NCBI GenBank assembly: GCA_001655205.1
Contig: LPNZ01010005.1
Span: 2,652 to 66,651, forward strand
Direction of reading: 5' to 3'
Length of the DNA stretch: 64,000 bases
Source of the DNA: Lenisia limosa
Lineage: Eukaryota; Protista; Breviatea
Part shown: piece by piece, positions 12,989-24,900 of the stretch
Position numbering within the stretch: the first letter of the stretch is position 1
How the letters are laid out: each line of letters starts with the position of its first letter
The notes under the pieces: generated by a model
What the model saw: only the letters and a program-made list of their open reading frames with translations
Told to the model about the DNA's origin: nothing
The model's database searches: none
Position numbers and translations under genes: made by a program

Positions 12989-15900
12989 ATGGTTAGCATC
13001 GTCTGTGTTTTTTTGTGAAATAAATTGTTGGGTATTTGATTCTGATTCTGCTGGTGATTTCTTATTTAATAGATTTTTTGTTTAATCGCAGGCGATTTAG
13101 CAGTTTGTTGATTCCCTGAATTTCCCTTTTCTTCAATGTGTCCCGTACTTCCTTATTCCTCATTATGAAGGGATGTATCTTTTTGCTTAATTGATTATAG
13201 GCTCCACGCTGGGTTTGGGTTGAAGGAGAAGGGGAGATTTCTCTTGGTGGAGAGGTTACCAATGTTTCTTCCACTGGAAATGTGTCCGTCAAGTGCCTTG
13301 ATGGAGAGGTAAGATTTTGTCGGATAAATATGCTGTTGTTCATTCCTGACTTCCCAGACTATCACTACAACCGATGATAAGTGCAGTGATATGCATCAAT
13401 CATCTGTTGAAGGAGTATCAGACATGATCACCCTCAATGATCTTCATGAATCGTCTCTTCTGCACAACATGGGCCTTCGCCATAAGAATGGAGAAATTTA
13501 TGTTTGTTATCTTGAATATGAGTGGATAGAACTGACTCTTGCAGACTTACACTGGTACCATTCTTGTTGCCGTCAACCCTTACCAAGTTCTCCCTATATA
13601 TACCAACGAATATGTGGACATGTACAAGGGCAAGAAACTTGGAGAGCTTCCTCCTCATGTGTTTGCCATTGCCGAAACGGCATACAGAAGCATGCTTGAC
13701 GAGAGAGCCAACCAGAGTATCCTTGTTTCGTAAGGGGGCATTGCTGCATTCCTGGTCGCCATGTGCAATGCTTGACTAAAGCGGGGCTTATGTACTGTTC
13801 TTTTGTTTTCCTCTCTTGCAATTCTGTGTTATTTTATCTTTGGTATTACTGGAGTTTCATATCTGTTGTTGCGATCAATTAAGTTTGACAATTCAATCTG
13901 GTGTCGGCTTTTTTCTCTCCATAGGCCCGCTTTTTCCTGACCTTCAGGGGAGAATCAGGAGCTGGTAAAACCGAATCTACTAAGCTGATTCTCCAATACC
14001 TTGCGGCAGTGTCTTCGAAGAAGTCCTGGATCAACCAACAGATTCTGGAGGCCTCACCAGTGCTTGAAGCCTTCGGTAACGCCAAGACTGTCAGGAACGA
14101 CAACTCCTCTCGTTTTGTAAGTGGATCACTGGTTTTTTCTTTCTTGGCTGGAGTGTGGAATGACCTTTGCAGGGTAAGTTTATCAACATTGCCTTTGACA
14201 ACGACGGCCAAATCTCAACAGCCTCTATTGACCAGTATCTTCTTGAAAAAGTAGGATTGTGGTTCACTGACTGTCTTATTACATAGTCTCGTGTGGTGTT
14301 CCAGGCTGAAGGCGAACGTAACTACCATATCTTCTACCAACTCCTTGCTGGTTCCACTGAGGAAGAACTTGGTAGGTCACTCAGCCCAAAGCTTGTTTTA
14401 ACGTATCAGCCGAACTCAACCTCTATGGTCCTGAGAACTATCACTATCTTCGCCAGGTTGGATGGGGATTCAGGGTGTAGGTTCGGCGTTCAGGTCTGTG
14501 ACAATTTAGGGAGAATGCATGTCCGTTGATGGAATCGATGACAAGAAGGAATTTGAGGATGTCAAGGTGCGTTTTCAACAGATATTTCCTTTATTCTTGC
14601 TTGGCTGACCGTCTAGCTTGCCTTTAACATTCTCGGATTCACTGCAGAAGAGCAGAATACTATCCTTCGTATTGTTGGTATGCTGGGATGAAGGAGTGGA
14701 GGAGACCTTGTTATATTGGCTTTTCTTATTTACGCTCTCAGCATTCATTATCCATCTTGGTAACGTGGAGTTTACTGACGAAGACACTGCTAAGGTTAAG
14801 AACCCTGAAGGTTTGTTTTTGCTTTTTTGTCACCATGCAGTTGTTTTCCCTCACAGCAAAAATCCACCTTATCTGGTTGACAATTCAGTTCTCGAGGCGG
14901 CAGCCCCCCTTCTCGGTCTCAATGTCGAGGAGCTTCGTCTGTCCCTCCAGGAGCGTGAAAATCTCATTCGTGGAGACATCTTTAAGGTACTCTCTTCTAC
15001 ATGTGTTAATTTGTAAAATATGCAGTATGTGGTCTCACATTCCAGGTTCCATACAACAAGTTCCAAGCCGACGGAGCTCGTGACGCCATTGCAAAGGCCA
15101 TTTTCGGTCGCATGTTTGCCTGGATTGTGGTCCGCATTAACGAGTCCATCAAGGCTACTGCCGCCAAGTCCGCCAGCTCTCACACAAAGAAACTCAACGT
15201 TGGTCCTGTCATCCGTCTGGATCATGATCATTCCCGCCCGGCATACTGTTCATATGATAGGGATATTTGTTCTCGATTTGTCGTTGGCTAACATCTCCAG
15301 ACCATTGGTGTTCTGGATATCTTTGGCTTTGAGAACTTCGACGTCAACTCCTTCGAGCAGCTTTGCATCAACTACGCTAATGAGAAGCTCCAGCAGCATT
15401 TCAACCAGCACATCTTCAAACTTGAGCAGGCTGGTTTGTGGGTTGAATTGGGAGTTGTTACCTTTCAAAATAGCTAAACCTCACGATTTAGAATATGAGC
15501 GCGAGGGTATCAACTGGAAGGGTATCGAGTTTACAGACAACCAGAAAACTCTCGACTTGATTGAGAAGAAGCCTATCGGAATTTTCGCCCTTCTAGGTAA
15601 GCTGCATTATTGCTGAGTTGCACTTTGAATGATGTATCTAATAAGAATAAAAAAGAATTTTAAAAAATCAAAAATACTAACTTCAACATCATCTTACTAC
15701 TTTTTTTCGGAGAAGGTAAAAAGGAAAAAAAAGGGGTCATCCGGGGATCGATCCCGGGACCTCTCGCACCCTAAGCGAGAATCNNNNNNNNNNGGAGCGC
15801 CCAATTTTTGGTACCTATAATGGTTTTTTGTTCCGAAAAAGCCCCGCCGCGCGATTTCGCCTTTCAAAAAGCGATTTCGCCTCCCACACCTCCTTTGGAC

Positions 15901-18900
15901 ATTTCCAACTTCATCCACACATCTCCTGTAGGGACACGACCTCCGCAACCAACTCCAAAGACACAGTCGTCACTTTCGTCTCCTTGTCACCTTCGTCACC
16001 CCCATCACCTCCAATTCCTAGACCTCTCTCGCGCCGCCTCCGTCCCTGGGTACCTCGATTTCGACTTTGCCATCGCCAGGGGGGGGTACATTATGGGTAA
16101 CCTCACCACTCACCTATCATGTCCGTCGTTCCGGGAGTATCTGGCGTACCTCACCTCCAAGCATCTCACCAACCTCACCTTTGTCTTCCAACCTCTACCC
16201 TAACCACCCTACCAACTTCATCTTTTCCTCCACCTACCACCTATTCGATTTACAACAATTGAGTACCATCCCTACTTCACTACCTTGTGGGTAGGTGAAA
16301 CCCGTAAAACGGTTTGCACTTTTTAGTGCCCAGATCGACGCATCAAGGCCCTGTCTTTGTTCTTGCCCCTGCTGCCCGCCAAGATCTTCGTTTTTTGCCA
16401 GACTTCTCATCATGCCACCGCCTCAAAAGCCTATTATACAAACTTTACCCCTTATTTCACTCATACCTCCACCTATTCGATTTACAACAATTGAATACCA
16501 TCCCAATTACATTATTATGTGATAGGTGAAACCCGTAAAACGGTTTGCACTTCAAGTGCCCAGATTACTCGCCGCGCCACCACAGAAGAGATCACCATCT
16601 CGCCGCCTCGCTGTAGTCTGTTTACCCGCTGCCCAATTACCCACCGCCCCGCTCCAGAAGAGATCACCCTCCCTCCAGTCCGTCGCCGCCGTTCTCCTAT
16701 GCATCTTTTTTTATCTTTTTTTTACTGAATGTTTTTTCGATAAATACATTTTTTGTCCTTTTAAAAAAAAAAGATTTCAAAAAAACGCGCATTTTTTTCG
16801 GTCTTAATGGCCGGTTTATGAGGCCTCACACGTTTTTCAAGCAAAACTATGCATTTTTTGCAAAATGGGTTATTTTACGTGATATAGGTTCGAAAAACGG
16901 GTTAAAACGGACCAAATATGTCTGTTATGTGCTTCTTCGCTGTTCATTTGCTGACAAGACTAAACTGACACAATTAGACGAGGAATGCCGCATGCCAAAA
17001 TGCACAGACGACACCTTCACCGCCAAGCTCCACGAGCGTCTCGGTTGGCTTGCCGGCTATGACCAAGTCTTTGTTGAGGTCCTTGACACTGCAGGAAAGG
17101 AACCCGACTTCATCAAGCCTCGTCTGCAGTTCCAGACCCGCTTCGGTATCAAGCACTACGCCGGTGATGTGTTCTACTTCAACGCCGCCTTCCTCGAGAA
17201 GAACGCTGATATTGTCCAGAGTGCGTTGGAAGCCGTCTTGGCAATCAAAATTGTGCTTTAGAATGTTCCCTATCAAGCTTCGCAATGGTTTAACATCGCC
17301 AGGTAACGCGGAACGCACCCTTCATGGTGCCACTAATGCCGAGTTGAGCATGCTGTTCAAGCCACCCGAAGTCCCTAAGGACAATGGAAAGCCCGTGGGT
17401 TTTTGTTGATTGAAGGGGAGTATTATTGCATATTAACAAGATTTAATATTTATTTACCGATTAGGGACCAAGAGGAGGCAAGAAGGCTGCCGCCAAGACC
17501 GTCGGAGCACTTTTCAAGCAGCAGCTCACCGACCTTATGACTGTCCTCAACACGACTCAGCCCTACTTCGTCCGCTGCGTCAAGCCCAACACCCACAAGA
17601 GCCGCACAGAATACGACATCTCGTAGGATTATAGCATTGCGTTCTGACCCTCCAGACTAGTTCTCCGCCAGCTGCGCTACAGTGGTATGCTTGAGACGAT
17701 CCGCATCCGGCGCCTCGGCTACCCCGTTCGTCGAGAATTCAACGACTTTGCCTTCAGGTGGGGGCTTTTGTCTTGATGTCATGAGAGTAAATAGCTTGAA
17801 TAAGGAAGTCGCTGTTCCCTCACATTGCAGATACCGTTCCCTCATTACCGCTGAGGAGGCTGTTGAAATGGACAAAAAGGAGCCAAAGGGTAGGAGGCTT
17901 TGTTCCTAGGCAGCTGACCTTGCAGCCAAGATCGACATGCTGGTTGAGAAGTTGGAGCTACCGACCAACGACACAGCCATTGGTGCCTCCAAGTTCTTCA
18001 TGCGTGACGCTGTTGTGTTTGGACTCGAGACCAGGAGGAAGGTTGCCCTCAAGGACGTCTCTGCCAAGGTACGGTCTAGGGATGGTACCTGGTTTGACTG
18101 TTCAGCTTGCCAACCGCATCTACACCTACATGGTCCGTAAGCGGTTCCTTCACACCATTTCCATGGTGGCCAAGATCCAGAGCGTTGTCCGTATGTACCA
18201 CGCGCGCAAGGCGTACCTGAAGCATCGCTCCGCCGCCATTGACATTCAGAAGTGTAGGCCGAGTCTTGGCTGGGAGATGGACGGGTTGAAGTTCTTTGTA
18301 AGGCCTGAAGGTTTCAAGGTTGGCTTTTATTGCTATAGCTGTTCGTATGTACATTGCGCGTAGCCGCTACCTGCACACCCTGGCCATGACCGTCAAGATC
18401 CAGGCACGCATCAAGGTGGGCACATGGTCGTCCTGCTATTCTTGATAGAGCCCTTTGAGACAATACTGACATATTAGTGCTGGTTCTACCGTCAACGCTA
18501 CATGCGCCAACGCAAGGCTGCCATCCGCATCCAGACCCAGTGGCGTCGAAGGTCGGTGATCTCCTGATCTGCAATTGCCTCGGCTTCATTGACCATGTAG
18601 TGTCGAGCGCAAGAAGTACCTGAAGATCCGCTCGAGTGTTATCAAGATCCAGTCAGTGGTCCGCATGGCTCTTGCCAAGCTTCATTTCAAGGCTGACTGC
18701 AAGAAGGTAGGCCAGACTGGAACACACCATGCTCATTCGGAACTGATCTCATGGTCTAGGTTGTTCTTCTTGAGTCACTTGTTCGTATGTTCCCCGCGCG
18801 CAAGGCCTACTTGCGCCAGCGCAACGCCACTATTGTCATCCAAAAGGTGGGCTTGCTATAATAGAAGCGTTTTCTTGTGTCTTCTAACAGACATTTCACG

Positions 18901-21900
18901 CGTTATACCTCCTCCTGCTGGCCTTACCGAAGCAGTACGTACGCCGCCAGCAGGCCATGAAGGTCTTCAAGGTGGACATGCAGCGTGTGGTCCAATGCCA
19001 GAGCTTTGCCCGTTGTCTCCTCGCCCGCAAGCTTCTCAAGCGGTAAGTCCACGCAGACAGTCGTTTCTGATTCCTAGGTTGATTGCCGATAAGCTGAAGT
19101 CAGCCGAGCAGCTGGAGCGTGAGGCTGCTGAGCGTGAGGCTGAGCGCGTGCGTCTGCAGGAGGAGCGTGACCAGGCCCGGGCCTTGGCCAATGCCAAACT
19201 CGAGGAAACCAAGGCTAAGAACAGGGAGGCCGCCGCCGCCGCTAAGGTCTGTGTCTTGTTTCTCTTGTCTCTCTTGTTTGCGTGCTGACGTGTTAGGCCC
19301 TCCGTGAGCAGCAACTGCAAGACCTGAAGGAGCTCCAGGAGCAAGAAGAGGAAATTGCCGCTCTTATTGCAGAGGAAGAGGAGATCTTGAAGGAGGAGGA
19401 GAGAGAGCACAAAGCCAAGCTCAAGCTTCAGGCTACCCAGGAGGTGCGCGGTTGTCGTTGTTGTGGAATATATTTTATCATGAGCACGTAATTGTTTTTT
19501 GAGGATATTTGACCTTCCAGGCCGAGGACCGTCGTCGTCAGGAAGAGGAGGCGCGGCAGCGTGAGGTTGAGGAACGCAAGAAGCGCGAGGAGGAGGAGAG
19601 ACAGGAGGAGAAGCGCCAGCGCGAGGCTGAGCTGGCACGTGACTTGATTGCTGAAGAGCTTGCAGCTATGGACGAGGCCAACGGCGGCGAGGAGGAGATT
19701 GCCGAGGTCGTGGCCCCAGTTGTACCCGTAGCACCGACCCCGGTGGCTGAGCCCGACCTTGACGACGAGGAGGACGAGATCCTGGCAATGCTCAACGACG
19801 CCATCGAGGGCAAGTCCGAGGAACCCAAGGTTGGCTCATCATATAGTATCATTTTCAGTTTTTTTTTTTACCTAGGGCTTCCCTACGGTCCCAAAAAAAG
19901 ACCAAATCTCGATAAATCCTAGATAAATATCGATATTTGAAAGGTCTTTTTCGGATCGTATGGAAGCCCTTCATACCCCCCCCCCCNNNNNNNNNNNNNN
20001 NNNNNNNNNNNNNNNNNNNNNNNNNCGCCGGGTCTGGTCTAAATCCGTGAATTCATGTAATTGCTATCCAGTGAATTGGTGGAATTGCAAACCAGTGAAT
20101 TGATGGAAGATATCCGTGAATTGATTTCATACCATTTAATATCACCATATTTTGCTAAAAATATAATCCAATAACCCCCTCACTATTTATTTATTTATTT
20201 TATTTTTTTTCTTCCCCTCATTTTCTTCGTTTTTATCCTTTTTATCCCACATTATCTCACCTCCCCAGGCTGCTATGCTGCCGCCTCCTCATCTCACCTC
20301 CCCAGGCTGCTGTGCTGCCGCCTCCTCCCACGGACCTCCCCCCTCCGCCGCCTGTCGACGTCAAGACCCCCGAGGTGCCGCAGTCACCCACTCTCGAGAC
20401 CCCCGTCACCCCCGCAGAGTCAACCGTGGGGGGGGGGGGGGNNNNNNNNNNNNNNNNNNNNNNNNNNNNNNNNNNNNNNNNNNNNNNTTTTATTTCTCAT
20501 TGCTATGTTTATTAAGTCCTTTGGGTACGAAAGTTCTTTGAGTATTCTGTAACACTGTGCAGGATCCTCATGCCCCCATTGTGGAACAGCCGCCACCAGC
20601 GCCGGCTCTGAAGCGCCCCCCTCAACTCCGTACTTTGCGCCTTGCCCAGCGCAGCCGTGCCTCCCTCCTTACGCTCGAGTCGCTGGAGGGCGCATCGTCA
20701 CCCCGCACGCCCCGGTACGTGCAATGCTTTATGTCTTGGTGTGACCATACAGTCTCAGCAACAGTGGCAGCATTCTCCTGCAGCCCGACACCAAGCCCGA
20801 GGCTCACCACGACATCCACGCATACATCAGCGACCACGCCTCTAAACGGTTCCTCCGCACCATGGTTGACGGCAAGGCCGTTTTCAGCCCCACAATCCTT
20901 GGTTGGCTCTGGGAGGTTACGTTATGTCGTTTGTAGCAGTCAGCAATGCCTTTAACACTTGTAGGCCACTCTATCATGGTCATGCCGAACCCCAAGTTCG
21001 ACGCCGTGTGCCAGGAGGTCTATCTCAACATCCTGAAGTTCCTCGGCTGTGTTGAGGTGCGGTCTTGCCATCTTGTTTTTTTCGCGTTATGACTTCATGA
21101 AGTCAGAGTTGAGTTCTTTCACATGTCACCCTACAGGTCAACATCAAGCGTGAACAGCCGCTTCACTTCATCCGTGCCATCACAAGCCGCTGCATTGCCC
21201 TTCCCGGCATCCGAGCCGAGGCCTACGCCGCCACGGTCAAACAGGTCGGCGCTGCTTCTTTTTTTGTTTCCAGACCTGCAGTATTGACAGTGTAGATCAC
21301 GGCGTGCAGCAACGCTGAGACCAAGGCCAAGGCATGGACGCTCATGGCCATCATGACGGGGTGCTTCCCTCCCCCCGAGGACATGACCAACTACCTCAAG
21401 GACTTCTTCAGTGACGAGCTCAAGGTAAACTTTATCCTTGCCTTCATACAGCCTTTTAATTTTCCACTTCCGACTGTTCCTTCCGCTTGTGTTGATTGAC
21501 ATAGGTCGCCCCCAACGACGTTATCAAGCGCTGTGTCAAGCGTCTCGAAAGGACCCTCATCAATGGCTCCAGGGCCGGCCCACCCTCACCCATGGAAGTT
21601 GCCGCCCTCATGGCCAACAAGCCCATTGTCATCCGTGTCAAGCTTAGTGACGGCTCTTGCAAGGTGGGCTTCGCAGTCCTCTTCTGTGGCAATGTGTCTC
21701 TGAAATTTCTCATCTTCATACATGTATATTTTGTAATTTTGTGACTTTGGCACCCCCCCCCCCCNNNNNNNNNNNNNNNNNNNNNNNNNNNNNNNNNNNN
21801 NNNNNNNNNNNNNNNNNNNNNNNNNNNNNNNNNNNNNNNNNNNNNNNNNNNNNCCATGCACCAGATGATGGACCTCAACGACGGCTACGGCTTCGGCCTG

Positions 21901-24900
21901 GCCGTGGCCTACAGCGGCATCGAGTTCGGCCTCAAGCCCGAGGAGCACGTGCTGGACGCCATTTCACGCCAGCTGCCCGAGGTTGAGTCCCCCGTCCCCC
22001 AGATTGAGGACAAGAAGGACAAGAAGAAGAAGAAGAAGGCCGCCACCGCTGAGGTTTGTCCTGTCCTGTCTCTATTCCAAGATGAGGATTTTTTATTATT
22101 ATTATTATTTTTTACTGGTGTAGCCTGTCCGCAAGCCTGTTGCTGTGGAGTTCTCCTTCAAGAAGGTGCTGTACTTGCCCCGCGAGAGTGTCAAGGACGA
22201 GCGCGCGGTTCTCTTCATGTACTTCCAGGTAGGACGCATATTACAACCTTACCCTATTAGGAAGTTGCCAAGTTAGACGCCGGGTATTACAATGACGTTG
22301 CCGGCGCGGCCCTTGTGAGACGGCTCATTGCGCTGCGCCACCGCGTGTCCAGCGGCATGGACTCCTACGACTTCAACGTCAAGGCCAAGGATGACTGGAT
22401 CCATCTCATCCCCGAGGCCATCAGACCCTCCATCAAGCTCCAGGTCTGTTTCACTTGCTTGCTAACTGGACCCTTTGATGCGTCTCATTCCGCAGGAGTG
22501 GCAGCAGCAGCTGTCTCGAGCCTACTCCGACGACGCTGGTCTCACCCCCCACCAGGTCCGCATGGGGAACTTAATTGGATGTGCTTTGATCAATATTTTG
22601 TGTAGACGTGATGGTGTGGACGGCTTTGATCAATATTTTGTATAGACGTGATGGTGGGGGGCTTTGTCTACCTCTCATTGCATATACTCAGGCATGTCCT
22701 ATTCCTTGACCGCCCAGGCCCGCAGCGCGTTCATCAAGAGTGCCCGTAAGTTCCCTCTTTCGCCTGTCACTGTGTTCCCTGCCGTCAACCCCGTGCCCAA
22801 CGACAGCGTCCAGCACCGCTACGTTTCAGTCTGCATCGGACTCCGCACAATGCACTTCGTCACCACCACCGACAAGGCTCTCATCAAGTCCTTCCCCACA
22901 CACCAGATCAAGAGCGTGGCCTTCAACCCCACCACCGTTACAATCAAGGTTGGTCTCTTTGGTTCAACGCTTTAATTATATTTGTTTTCCACATCAAATA
23001 CACAACCTTCCTGCTCACGGATTAGGTTAAGAAGCAAGGCAAGTTCAACTTCCTGACTGCACAAGGAGGCGCCATTGCCTCTCTCGTGGCGTCGTACCTC
23101 GACCTGCTGCGTATGGAGTCCAAGCACGTTGTTGCTCTCGAGGACAACGAGATGGAGGGCGAAGAGGTCTGTTCGGCTTACATACGCACAACGATTTATT
23201 TCGCCTTACCTCACACTTCCAGGGCATGCTTTCCTTCAAGAGGGGAGACATCATCGACATTCTTGAGAAGGACGCGCAGGGCTGGTACCGCGGCAGCATT
23301 GAGAGCGCCAGCGGCTGGTTCCCGGGCGACATGGTACAGACTCTTGTCGGGCCGCCCGGCAGGGAGGTTGCTGATGTAAGCCCTGCCTTCCATTGCCAAT
23401 GTCATGTCTTGCAACACTCACGCACCCCATAGGAGGTGCTTGCCGACTTTGAGAAGAAGAAGCGCAAGGCCGAGGAAGCCGCGACCGGTGAGGAGAAGAA
23501 GCCGAAAAAGGAGAAGGATGCTGCTAAGAGTGTTGTTACATCTCCCAATGAGGTTTGTTACCAGTTCCGCTTTATTCTGTTTCTGTCATCCATTTCACAG
23601 CGCCAGCATTCATTCGCCAAGTACGCCGAGGCCTGCTACCGCCCCACCAAGGACATCTTTAAGAAGAAGGCTAAGGACGAGGACAGAATTTCTTTCTCAA
23701 AGCACATGCTCAAGGTACACCTATTCCGCTAGCCCCCAATACCATTGTGTTGTCAACAGATAACCCTCCCAGAACTCGCTGCATGTCATTGAGGACCTCA
23801 AGAAGGTGGAAGTCGCCCTCAACGTCAACAACTGTAAGTGCGGCATCCCGCTGAGTGTTTATTTGTTGTGATGAGGGTGGTCCTGGAATACCTGGCTACA
23901 CTCTCGGACGGCTGTGGATACATGGACAAGAAACTGACGATTCCAGCCATTATGCAGTACATGGGAGACCTTCGCCGCGTTGAGTCGGTGTCTCTGACCC
24001 AGCTCATCACCTCCATCATCCGTGTCGGCATCCTCGGCACTGAGCAGATCAGGGACGAAATCTTCTGCCAGGTATGATGCAAAAGTCGAAAATTCCACAT
24101 GTAGTTCAGGAGGCTTGGATCCGCCTTCCTCACACATGTAGCTCCTGAAGCAGATCACCAACAACCCCAAGGAGGCTTCAGTCGTTGCGGGGTGGGATCT
24201 TCTCCTCCTCTGCCTGTCTTCCTTCGTGCCTTCCAACACCCTTGCTCCCGTCATCAAGAGTTACCTTGAGAACGTCCATGACAAGGTCAACAAGCTTGCT
24301 CGTAAGCTTTTCTCTTGTAGTCACTTTTTTCATACCCTTGTGTGTGTCTCAATTTGTGGCCATTTTACGACTAACACCTCAGTTCGTCGTCTCAACCGGT
24401 CGCTGCAGAACGGCCCTCGTAAGACCACCCCCCAGCTCACCGAGGTTGCCGCCCTCAAGTCTCGCCGCCCCCTGCTCATCCCAATCCGCCTCCTGGATGG
24501 CACTCAGCTGAAGATCGAAGCCGACTCGTCCTCCACTGCCAAAGAGGTCCGTCACCATCTCTTGGTTTTGTCTACTCCCGCATTTCTCTGACCCGTCAGA
24601 TCATTGCCAGCTGTATGAAGAAGGCCGGTCTTGGCGGCGCCTCGGGCTTCGGCCTCCTCGCCTCCTACGTCGACAAGCGCAACAAGGTCGGTTGCCTAGG
24701 GTCTTTCCGTTGAGATGACACTTCAATGTTGTGCCTTCCTCACGGTTCAGGAGTCCAATGATGTTGAAGTGACTATCCCTGAGAACGCCTATGTTCTTGA
24801 CATCATGTCACGTGCTCTCAACCGCAAGGGCCTCTCCACCGTGGTCTTCACTTTCGTCAAGAGCGTGAGGGGGTATGTTATATAGTATATCGTCTTCTGT

